A stretch of DNA of 63,816 nt, the filler included, from Hausera hauseri (Eukaryota), in the NCBI GenBank assembly GCA_046269625.1. It is 9 parts of 9 records of this genome, joined end to end, with 100 filler letters (N's around TTAATTAATTAA, not from the genome) between each part and the next. Parts side by side here need not be neighbours in the genome. Positions count along the whole stretch, not along the records: positions 36,862 to 42,314 come from JBJURY010251847.1; positions 42,415 to 47,497 come from JBJURY010341490.1; positions 47,598 to 59,483 come from JBJURY010062217.1; 6 more parts are not named here. The stretch is one strand, 5' to 3'. Positions 37,480-49,248 of this stretch are shown one piece after another. The notes under the pieces were generated by a model, which did no database searches, was not told the origin of the DNA, and worked only from the letters and a program-made list of their open reading frames with translations. The position numbers were made by a program, and so were the translations under genes. How positions within the stretch are numbered: position 1 is the stretch's first letter; every line of letters begins with the position of its first letter.

Positions 37480-40400
37480 TGAATCTCAAATGTTGCCCTT
37501 TGACCCCCTTTTTCCGCTTCTTTACTTGGCCACATACGTCTAGGACATATATTTTAGATCTTAACGCTATAAATCACGATATTATTGCCAAATTCACCTC
37601 TTCTTTGAATTTCCCAAGGACATTTTGTTGGCAATTAAATAGTTGGGATGATCCTTCCGATAGTCCGAGGTATCCATGTGTTAAACCAACTGGGAAAAGT
37701 CCTCATAAATGTCCTCTGTATGGATCTGATAGATGAAACTATAAGTATTCAAATACATCAGCTGCATGGACTTGAACTCGGGAACCATGATTTCGTAGTG
37801 GAAATGATACAACAGGGTTTTTGACAGGTCGAGTTTTGCCATACCCACATATATGGGCTTGTTGAATACCAAGGATGTTTTCAGCATATGGATGCTGACC
37901 AAGTTCTCAGCATATATGATGCTGCTGTAGAAGTTAGGCTTGGCAATAAGCTTCTTTGCTCGCTTCCAGTCACATAGCAGTTCGATATTGATCCTGTTGC
38001 GGATATTCTCCATGGTCTTGCCAAAGACCGAGTTGTTGTAAAGCTTGAATTGGTCCTTCTCAAAGTCATTCTTGGCATTTGTCCGCAGCTTCGTATTGAG
38101 ATCTATGTAGGGCTGCAGCCACATGGACTCACTGAACTTGGGGGCTTTACGGATCTTGGTAATACGAAGTCCATGTCTAAGTGCCTGCTGGAGATTGATG
38201 TAGTGAAATACATACCTGTCCCTATTACCCAAATGACAGACAGCTTTCTATGCTTTCCATGGGGCGCAGGCCTGCTCTCAGGGAGGAAACGCAGCTGTTG
38301 ATGCCTTGAGTGGATGGAAGCAGGATATTTCATATCCATCTCCAGTATGTATCCCGTATCTCCAGCGGAATCCAAGTCCAATATAGGGATGGTTTCAGGA
38401 TTCTCGATCCATTTGAAGCTATCATACGGCATGGGGCGCTCATTGCATATCCATAGAAGTTGTTGGCATCCAGGTATGATATATATGAGGATTCCTTGCA
38501 TGAGTCATACTGGGCCATATATACTTGTTGTTGGCGTCACTATACCGATGAAAGACCTGGCATATTCCGCCTCTAATGCCTCTCTCGATCATAAGAATCA
38601 TATCATAATTCTTAATGATCTGCAGCATAATACCAGTATAGCGCAGCATAGGTGCCAAACTCATCCCTGTAGAAGTAAAGAAATGAGCCTGATCCAATGC
38701 ATGGCTCTTCAATGTAGCATCCTTGAAACTCTCAAAGACATCTGTCAGCAGCAGCATGTCCGTCTTGAGGTATTTGTCGCTGTATTCCTCTATTGTTCGG
38801 CATTGGAATGCATGTTAGACGTTCTGGGCATGTTTGTAGTCTGCATCACTGATATCGCAATCAGAGAGGATATGTAAAAGTCCTTGTCCGGCAATGAGAT
38901 CTCATCCTGTGTTTCCCATCAGGTTATGTAGTCATAGTGAAACACTCCTTTCCTTTTAACCAAGTCAAAGGTATTTTGGAAGAATCGCTTCGTTTCCTTG
39001 AGTTCTTCTGCAAGGAAGTTCTTCCCTAAACTATCCAGTGAAGACGAAATGAAGCGAAAACTGTCTATAAATTGAAGCCTGATTTTGCCTATATACTTGG
39101 TAAAAGTGATGTACTTCTCACTATTAGGGATCACCTCAATGTTTCCTTTAATGTTGCCTAATTCTTGGACTGTGAAATGGGAATCATAGCCACTGAGAAT
39201 ATGGAACACTATAGGCACATATCTGTATGTTTTGCAGCGAAGATTGCAGTTATTGCATGATGCCCCTTGATATGCACCTGTAAAATGGCAGTGATCCTTG
39301 ACTTTATGATTCTCCTTGGTGAAGGACTTGTCGCAGAAGTAACATGTTGTTGCTTGTGCCATTCTTTTGCTTATTTCCACGAAATGCTCATATTATCCTT
39401 TTGCTGTTAAAGCAGGTTTTCAAGCTTATGAGCCATATCTTCAAGTCGTTTCATGAAATGAACTGCTGCACCTTGACCTCTAAATAGATATGGTTCACTG
39501 TCCAGTCCTTTGGCATACATTCAATACGATGAGACTTCATGATATTGGTATGTCATTGTGATGCTATGTTGAGGACTGGAAGTGCAGCTGTGAACTAAAC
39601 GCAGGATCGCTTCAAAGTCGCAATAGATAACTATTGGGACATTTAGCTTCTCAAAATCCTTGAATTCAATATAGTCCTCCTTGAGAAATTCTGGCCTTAC
39701 ACAGTAATTGTTGTTGCAGTACATCTTATGCTCTGCAAGCTTGTCCACTTCTGCATCACCACTGAAATGAGACAGGCATCGCTTACATATTTCTATTTGT
39801 CCATGATGTTTCGTAATTTGGGATCTGACTAGACGTTCAAAGTTCTCGATCCAAACATAATGTTTCTTTTCCTCACAAGATCCCTATTGTCTTCCAATTC
39901 AATATCGCATATCTGCAGGGGATGGAATTTGTCCTCCTCGTCCAATCTAATGATATTGATTGATATATTGTTGAGTCGTCCGAATTCTTTGACTTCATCT
40001 ATGGATGATGGGAACTTAATACATTGGAAGTCATAGTTGTGCTGAACATTCTTATATAGCCAAACTCGTGCAGCATTATGTTGATCCCATACCAGGTTTG
40101 ATAGAATGGCATACATGAAACACTTGTTGTCATCATTAAGGACATTGATGCATACCTTTTTCCCTACGATCCATTCCGGAAGCTGAATATAAGAACTTCC
40201 CCGCATTGGAGAGTACTTGTGAACATACATAAGCAATCTCTTGATGGTTGAAGGAGTCCATCCGCACTTCTTATCCTGGCTTTCCTTAGCCTCGTGATCA
40301 GCTTCTCGTGCGCCTCTTGTATCCATTCTGCTATATTGGTGTTTTCCAATATGGATCTATTTTTTGTCTTGAAGGCCTTATTGGATTCTTCGCCATCAGT

Positions 40401-40548
40401 ATTGATGCACGTGGCCTCCACTTTTATATTCACCTTCAGAGCTTTGAGCTCCGCTATGTTGTCCTGGAGAATCCCCTCTGTCTCGTCGTTATTGGAGCGT
40501 TATTTGGCCAGTTGCATCAATAACATATCTGCGGCATTTTCTCTTTAA
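37480..40548 (-). pseudogene. Protein-primed family B DNA polymerase of Polinton/Maverick/adintovirus type, decayed
   Basis: DNKCFMYAI; IVIYCDFEA; KVKDHCHFTG…CNNCNL; FHILSGYDSHF; FIDSFRF; RKGVF; ERGIRGG; YLDANNFYGYAMS; KLYNNSVFGKTMEN; LGKFKEE…ALRSKIY…KGVK. Confidence 0.92.
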
Positions 40549-43094
40549 TGCTGCCTCATCATCTGGCCGTTGTATTTGACTTTTTGTTGGAGTTAGTGTA
40601 TTTGATGTGGCCGTGCTTGATGCTGCTGCTCATGATGTGGCTGCGTCTGATGCGGCTGCGCGTTTCAATTTTCTAAGATGTTTCGCAGCTACTGCACCAG
40701 ATCCGGCAGCATAATGCAAAAAATAATACTGCGAAGCAGATGCACCAATATTATGTTGCTCATTATAGATGGCCTTCTTTGATTTTGATACTAAGTGACT
40801 CAAATGATGTTTGTAATCATAATAAAGCTGTATCTAATTTGCACCCCATACAGTCTCGCATCCCGGACATATATAATATTGGATACTTTTGGAATTGTAT
40901 CCATAATACCGCTTCATCGTTTTATGGCACTGTTGCGAATTATGTGCTTTGGGTGTGCAATAAGCATAGGAATCGCACATCTGATTTGCTTTTGGGACAC
41001 TTGTTGTCACTAGCATATTATTGTTGAATATTGCTTTCTTCGATTTTGTGAACGACTCCCGATGCTGTTTATTCTGGTTGTAAAATTTCTGGTAACCGAT
41101 CCGGCACACTACCTCATATCCAGGACATACATAGTATTGAGTCCTATTATGTTGGTATCCAAAATAATGCTGCATTACACTATGATATTTCTGCTCCTCG
41201 TGTTTCTGCGCCATGCAAAATTTGTAGAAGTTCCAAATCTAAACAAACCAATTATTTGAGGAACACAAATAACAAAACTCACCATTCTTGGAAGTGAATT
41301 TGGAAATAATGAAATATGTAGCAATGTTAACGTGCACTGCCTCGTTTGTGGATTTTTCGAACATTCTAGAACACTTTGTTTTAATGCATCATTTACATGA
41401 ACTTGTTTACATGATGCACTTGACTTACCAATGTCATGCATATATGTACCAAAATTTGTTTTAATGCATCAAATACATAAATTCCTCCGTGCCAAATTTA
41501 AAATTTCATCAAGATTTTCATATATGAGAAATATATTGTGCTAATCAGGTTTTGTGCTCAGTTTTTTTTTCAGTAAATTGTTTAGAAATCCTTTATTATC
41601 GAAATTTGAGTACAACGTTTTATTTTTTTTGTCTGGAATGCAATTCATAGGAATTCGTCCATTTCAATTTAACTAACGAGCGGCCAAGAATGACGCGGTT
41701 TAATTCGAATAACTGTTGAGTCAACTCTTGGCGGTGGAGGGAAACTTTTCTGTCGATGCTCATTAATGCCCAAACATTCAAATGAAGTTGAGCATTAACG
41801 GACAGTCTGCTGTAGTGTTTGCCTCAGGGTTTGGTTATTAGTCAATCGGCAAATGCTTTCTTAATCATGACAACTGCGGCATGAGAACATTTACTCATGG
41901 ATATGAGTTTCTTGATAAGCGGCGACGAAATTTGATACAGCACATTCGTCACGAGTAAATCGAATTTCGGCCAATTTTGCATTTTGATGACATCTTGAGT
42001 AAGGTGCAACGTACGCCGGTGCTCTCTAAATTTCTAATAAAATATTCTCAGGATTCTAAAATTATACGTACGATTCTAGGACTCGTTTCTTTTCAATTCG
42101 GCAATTATCCGATTATCAATTTCATATGCCTTTACTTCTCGTGCTTTTCCATCAATTTCACTGTTAAATTTCCTGTACCTGGGCCGATTTCCATTACGAC
42201 ATCGATTCCTTAATTCCAGCTTTCTCAATCATTGTTTTTACAACTTGTTCATATTTTCAAAATGTGCTAACCTTTGTCTTTCGCAAACTTTATCCCGTGT
42301 CATGGATCTTTAGCNNNNNNNNNNNNNNNNNNNNNNNNNNNNNNNNNNNNNNNNNNNNTTAATTAATTAANNNNNNNNNNNNNNNNNNNNNNNNNNNNNN
42401 NNNNNNNNNNNNNNCATGGATAGGCGGTGGAGGTTTTCATAGACAGAGGCCGGGTTGGACGGCATTTGTTTCGTGATCAACAGCTTCAAGATAATTTACA
42501 ATGTATGCGTAAGATTCGGTCGAAAATATCAATTTGCTATTCAACCGGGATTTTTCAAACTTTTCAATCACTTTACATCGGACGTTGATGTTCGCACATA
42601 CTTGTTTCTCTAATGATGTTAGCTATACATTTGTCTTAATTCAAGGACACCAAATTGAATCTTTTTATTAGACTGTAATTGGAATGATATGTACAAACAA
42701 AGTCAGTCAAACAATTCATTCTAAACTAAATGTTGTGTCAATTTGAATTTTGTAATATTGTAATTGTATATGGTAAAAAATTTTTGTTTGTTAAAAACTA
42801 GCGATAACTAAAGAAAAAAAATTTAGAATTTTTTGAAAGTAATTCAATAAAAAATTTCGTTGTTCTATATAACGTTTTATTTCAATATTTAATGCGAACG
42901 GATAAAGGAAGGGACATATTCTTTTTGACGATGTATTTCCAACCCCTCGATTTATCAAAATACAAAAACACTGTTGGTGCAGAGAAATCCAAAGTGTAAT
43001 ATTTCTATGCACCAACAAAACCGGCTTATGAGTTTGGGGCATTATAAGCTATTTACGTTAAAAGGAACCTACAAAAATTGGACACATTCAGGAC

Positions 43095-45817
43095 AAACCA
43101 CAACACTTTTCGCATTGCTCCACTCTAACCGCTCCATTTGCATCAATAAGTTCTGTCAAGAAAAAACGGCCTATTCAATGGACCGCCAAGCTAGTCAACG
43201 CTTTCGATCACCTCAAAGACAATTTAAAAACTGTAGAATCCTGGCATATCCAGACTCCCATGCAGAGCTCTTCTTAACCACAGACGCATCTACAACAACT
43301 GCAAGTGCTGTCCTTTATCAAGTCAAAAATTGATCCCATTAGCCATTGGAATTCTTCTCTCGAAAATTCACTGCACAAGAGCAAAGATAATCCACCTTTG
43401 ACTGAGAGTTGCTTGCAATGGTCCTTGCCGTGAAACACTTTAAACATTTACTAACTGCACAAACTTTTACAGCACAAACGGACCACAAGCCCTTGTTTTA
43501 AATTCTCACAATGAAATCGCCTTCTCCACGTTAGGAGTGGAAAATATCATATTTGTCCACATTTAATTTTCAAATTAAGCATCTAAACGGAGCTGACAAT
43601 TTATTAGCAGACTTTTTGTCCCGATCGGTCAGCTCGGTTGATTTTACACCAATTTTCCTCAGTCCAAACTTCAACAAAACCAGCCACCTCCTGACATCTT
43701 TAAGTATTTTAAATCGTGCAAAACCATCGATGGTGTGGCCTTTGACACCTCCAAACCTAACAAACCTAAAGTCATCCTCTCTGAATCGCTTCAAAACGAA
43801 GCATTCAACAGCTTCCATTCGTTGCATCATCCCGGTGCCAAGGCCACGTTCCGACTCTTACCACGCAAAGTAGTATGGCTGTCGATAAGCTCTGATGTGC
43901 AGACATGGGTTAGGCAGTGCGTGGCATGCCAAAAATACAAAGTTACTAAGCATTTAAAGCCACCACTATTTCATTTTCCCTGCACGTCTCGTTTCGAATC
44001 TGTTCACATTGACCTTGTAGGCCCACTACCCTTAGACAACGGCCATTAGTTCATCCTTACAATGATGGACCGTTCCTTGCGATGGCCAGAGGCTGTCCCG
44101 CTTCGGAGCACCAACACAGAAACCATAGCAGACGTTTTCATCCGCACTTGGATAAGCAGGTTTGGATCAACTCGCTACATAATTTCGGACCCAGGTCCAC
44201 AGTTCGAATCCAACCTGTTTAAAGATCTTATCAATCGATTGGGAATTAACCACATTCGCACATCACCATATCATCCCCAAGCGAATGGCCTTCTTGAACG
44301 CTTTCACCGAACGATAAAAACGTCTCTCAAAATCCTTGCTGAGTCCAATCGCAGATGGACTTCGTACGTTCTGCTTGGCTGGCGGAACACACCATCTTCT
44401 TCTATAGGATGTTCACCCGCAGAAGCATTATTTGGCACTTCCATCAGATCATTATTCGAACTGACTGAGCTGGACAATACTCCTGCAGACGAAACCATAC
44501 AAGCGGCTCAGAGATACATCGTTGAGATCAGCAAGGACTCATTTTGCAGACTGTTACATGTAAATAAACCCTACATACCCAACGATTTATATATTGTCAA
44601 GTTCGTTTGGCTAAAGAATCAGATGCCGTGTTGTTTTTAACCTCAGTATGTCGGCCATTACAAAGTAATTCACATACACTCCCACAACATCATTATTCTC
44701 AAAGACGACAAAGAAGTAACGGTCCACATCAACAACGCTAAACGGTCTTTCTTCCTTGACAATGCGTCTACCATCGAAACCATTTCTTCACCAACATCTT
44801 TACACGACGCGCAGCAATCCAACAATTTATCTTCCATCTCTGCTCAATTTCTTATTCCACTTTCCCCTACGATTTCTCCCAAAACTTTCATTTCAATTTC
44901 TTCTCACAATTCAGCCTCTTTCTCCCCATCTGATTTTCCACCTTCAAGCCTTCCAACACCTCCTCCATCCCCTGGTAACAACCTGCTTTCTCCTCTTGCA
45001 ATACCTCCTCCATCAAACACCATTTCGACTTATCCAATCTCTCCATCAACACTTTTCATGATTCCAACCTTTTGCGTACCACTTACCAACTACTTACCTT
45101 CGCCTTCTCCATCCGCTTGCTCTCTTTCTCCTTGTACCTGTCCTTATCCTCCCACACCTTCCTCATCTTCGGCGTTTTCTTTTCCTTTTATCCTCACACA
45201 TCGTCTTCTACACTTTTCACTTCCGCTTTACAACTTCCTCCGCTTTCCATTTCTATCCCTATCTCTCTTCCTCTGTCTACCACTACCTCTATTTCATCTT
45301 CCTCTTCCACTTTTTCACACAATTCCATTCCAATTTCTTCTCCAACCTTTCTCTCTATTCCTTTATCCGCCACTATACCTTTTATCATTCCTCCGTCTTC
45401 TAATACCTTCTTGAATACCATTATCCATTTGTCTTCAACAATCTCTCTTCCTCCTTCACCTTCTTCTTTTCTTCATTCTAATTCGTCTTCGCACGATACA
45501 ACACTCACAACAAAATCCGAAAAAATTTTCCCAAACATCAACCTTTGCAGACAAACACATCGCATAAATGCAAAACGCGCAGAGTTATATTTAGCAAGTA
45601 TAGCAGGGGAAAATCGATAGAAGGCACCCAACGTCTTGTTCACACGAAGACCAGCTAACACAGACACTTTTTCGTTTTGCGGTTGTTTTTCTTTCTGTAT
45701 CATTTAACTTTTATAGTTTCCACTTTGCCACAGGGGTGACGTGGTGCCCACAGCGGCCGTGCCTTTTGGCGTCCGTTGCCGCAGCGTCGGGTACATAGTT
45801 GGACTCGATTCCCCGCT
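43095..45817 (+). mobile_element. Gypsy family A copy 4 (RNase H, integrase and 3' end only)
   Basis: LTTDAS, HHPGAKAT…CVACQ, VHIDLVGPLP, YHPQANGLLERFHR, S/P-rich tail, 3' terminus homologous to copy 1. Confidence 0.92.
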
Positions 45818-47623
45818 TCGAAAATTTTACAAGTACTTCAACAAATGTATTAAGTACATCTACTCTTTCTCCTTCCTCAAAATTCTCTACTTCAAGCTCA
45901 ATAACTCCATCGTCAATATCAGTAAGTACTAAAACAAAAGTACATCAACACCAGTACCAGTACCTACAGTCAAATCAAGAACAATGTAAGACTACTCGAA
46001 AGTCACACCTACACTTTGATTGAGCTGTGCTATGAGGCGAACGGATACGGGTAATGATAATTCTGTATCCCATTTAGAAGAAATTTCTTTTGTTGAGTCC
46101 ATCAACACGTCTTCATTTAAAAGTAGCTTAAATTTCAGACTACACAACAAATCATATATAGACTTTAATTGCTTTTTGTAACTTTAGGTCCCATTACAAA
46201 GCTTTACACGATTCTTGTAATACTGATATCAGCTGTCCTCTCGAATCTGGTATTGGAAGCTCTATTAGCTCAATCGATGTCAATTGTGGGATTAATTGTA
46301 CCGCATTGGGCTCCAATAGTAATGTCGATTCCGATTTATCATCTCCAAGCAATCAGTCCGGTCATTGTTTCCGACATGATTGTCATGATTTTCCGCCAGT
46401 AACTGAACAAGATATTCGACCTGTTCTTATTAGCAATTTTACATAGCCCAAATGTATTTGAAAATATTAGAGATGAATAATGATGAGAATTCCAAATCTG
46501 AGAAAAAGTCTTGAACATTACCAGTTCATTGTTAATTACTGTAACGTGCATGAAATGGCTGCCAAACTAATGACCTGGACTTGTAAAAAGACATGGTGAT
46601 GTTGCTGCCATGTAAAATAGACAAGATCCGATGAGAAAGCAAAAACGGGAAACAGTTGTAAATTCAAGAAACTCCTCCCGGACCCCATGTAAGTATATCG
46701 GTTTTGGGATGATGCTTATGAAGAGAAACGAATACAAGGTGAAGCAGACATTTACCGATTTTGGATTAATTATGGATTGACTTTATTGGAGTCCACTTTT
46801 GAGCGACTTTTGCCGGAAGTAGTGTGGAAATGTGCTTTCGGTTCCACCCTCCTCCCTCCCCCTCTCCCAGGGGGTCGATAAATCGATTTTTCACATGTGC
46901 CAATCGATAGTGCACACTGTGTACATCGATTGGTGCAAGTGCAAGTGTGCAGCACATGTGCAAGTGTGCAAAAATCAATAATATTAGATTTCCAATATTT
47001 CAAAAAGTGCTGATTATCACTCGTGACCGGGTGAAATGGGTAGAGCACACGATGGACTGTGTGAATGTGCAGTTAGAATTTAAATCGATTGATTGGTTTT
47101 CAAATGATTCCAATTGGTGTAGAACCGCCACGGGACCGGGTGCAATCGGAAGCAAACATGACGTATTATACAAATGTGCAGTTAGAATTTAAATTTATTG
47201 ATTATTTATTGATTAATATCGATCGAAAGTGCAAATTGGCTATATTTTCTCCATGTTTTTAAGCATCAAGGAAGCAAAAATCGACCCAACATTGAGCGGC
47301 GCCAGAGAGAAAATCGAGTACGCCAAACTCGAATTTTGAGTCGGAAATTCGAAATTCGAAGATTTTCGAGTTCGAAAATCGATGTTCGAACTATTCGAAA
47401 ATTCTAACGGTAGGAATCGATTCGATATATATGAAAACCTCCATGTGCATAAAAATTAGTTCATGAAAATATACTATATAGATACAAAATCAATATTNNN
47501 NNNNNNNNNNNNNNNNNNNNNNNNNNNNNNNNNNNNNNNNNTTAATTAATTAANNNNNNNNNNNNNNNNNNNNNNNNNNNNNNNNNNNNNNNNNNNNGGG
47601 TGGATCCTCGCAGGATTTCGTTA

Positions 47624-47641
47624 TGGCGTCCTTGGGGTCCT
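47624..47641 (+). promoter_or_regulatory. Putative primer-binding site (best fit tRNA-Asn)
   Basis: TGGCGTCCTTGGG matches 12 of the first 13 nt of TGGCGTCCCTGGG, then diverges. Confidence 0.45.
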
Positions 47642-47875
47642 AGGAAGGACCTACCCTAAAGAGAGAGAGAGAGAGAGAGGGTTGGACCCTGAACAGGTCT
47701 GACTTGAAGATAAAAGCAGCAGCTGAGAGCTGACTGCTCAGTGAGCTGGCAGGAGCCCCAGCTCACAACCTTCGCAGGAACCACTCCAGCATTTTTATTT
47801 TTTGATTTTTCACTGGTACGCCAGTGTGTTCCAGCATTTTTATTTTTTCACAGGTTACTTCTTCAAAGAGCAAAA

Positions 47876-49248
47876 ATGGCAGAAACTGCAGATCCTGCAG
47901 ATGAGAAAGGCCCTGAGAAGGCTCTGCAGTGGGAGAAAGGCCCTGAGAAGGCTCTGCAGTGGGGAGAAACCCCTGAGAAGGCTCTGCAGTGGGGAGAAAC
48001 CCCTGAGAAGTCTCTGCAGTGGGGGGAAACATCTGTTACAGCTGCACCCCATGTGTGGTGTTGCTATACGGAAGAGGCCCTGCAACATGGAGAAAAGAGA
48101 CTGAGAGACTCTTCATGTTGCATCACATCGAGGCAGACGAAAAGTTTGCCTTAGCAGAAGTACAGGACCTCGTAGAGAAAGGAGACGAGGTCATCTACTG
48201 CCCAAAGCTTGTAGATGGAGAACGACTGGCCGTGGTGAAACATCCGACAGAAATAAAGAAAAAAGAACAGAAAAGAGACTGGCTCAACTGGTGGGTGTCT
48301 TTGATGAACGACTGGAAAACTGGTGAAGTGGCGTCACTGGTCAGCCCGTCAGGTAAATATGACCCCTTAGTGAAGCTTGTGGCCATGGAACAAGGGATCA
48401 GCTTCATCATGCATGACCCCTCAGTAAAGGCAGTGAACAAATATGATGAATTAAAGGAGCCTCTTCTGGCTCTAAATGTCTGGAAGCAACATCGGGTCTA
48501 CAGCCAGAAGCCTGAGGTTCAGGAGAGTGTGCTCGAGGAACCAGGCACACAAAACAGAGCAACGAGCGAAGAAGGCGAGCAGGATGAGAAACAGCTGGTC
48601 GATGACCAAGCTGAACTCTTCGATGAACAAAATGAAGCAACATCTCTTAATGATAAAACCTCGAGGAAGCAGCACCACATCAACCAGCCCCGCGAGGACT
48701 GGCACACCAACGTAAGCCCCCTTCCAGCAGAGGCCAGCAATTTTCCCATGCTGAATGGGATAATGGTGTGTGAGGCTTATGGGGAACCATGGAGCATCTC
48801 GAGTGAGGGACTGCTGGTGGTCACTGACGGCAGCTACAGGGTCCACAGGATCAAGTTCAGGAAGGCCCTGAAAGAACAGGCCGGATCAGAATGCCTGTTC
48901 GAGGTAAATGATTTAAGGAAAAAAGGAACAGCTCAAAAACCGAAGACTCAGACTGAAGCAGCCTTGAAGGGTCCAGCACCTCAACAACCCAGGCACAACC
49001 AGCGAGAGGGCCAATACAGGAGCAATGGGCCCCCACGGCAACACCAGCCTAACAACCAGGGGCAAAGGTATCAGCGGCCACCACAACACCCGCCAAAACC
49101 GCCCAGGAGAAATCCTACAGCAGGTCCTGGTGCTGGGGCCAAGAAGCCTGGATATCTACCCCGGGAAGAGTACAACAAATTGACTCCTGAGCAGAAAGAT
49201 GCCCTCCGTCAGGCCAGGGAACAAGTGGCCGGGAGGGCTCCGAAGTAA
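47876..49248 (+). pseudogene. gag: gag-like ORF with one frameshift (~48100)
   Basis: ATG 47876; frame changes to ORF 48019-49248; C-terminus rich in Q/P/R/G, no zinc knuckle; lies directly before pol. Confidence 0.7.
47911..48030 (+). repeat. 4 x 30-bp tandem repeat encoding PEKALQW(G/E)(E/K)(T/G)
   Basis: CCCTGAGAAGGCTCTGCAGTGGGGAGAAAC units at 47911, 47941, 47971 and 48001. Confidence 0.97.

Noticed and set aside
45072-45620. Leu/Phe-rich 'membrane protein' ORFs and a Glu-rich antisense ORF (also 3746-3967, 44756-45414)
   Set aside because: Alternative frames of the C/T-rich low-complexity integrase tail
46890-47430. TGTGCA- and TTCGAA-rich patches and a duplicated TGTGCAGTTAGAATTTAAAT
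   Set aside because: Probably a decayed non-autonomous repeat; no termini or regular period could be defined
47911-48030. 30-bp repeats as a CRISPR array
   Set aside because: Head-to-tail with no spacers, in-frame coding, no cas genes
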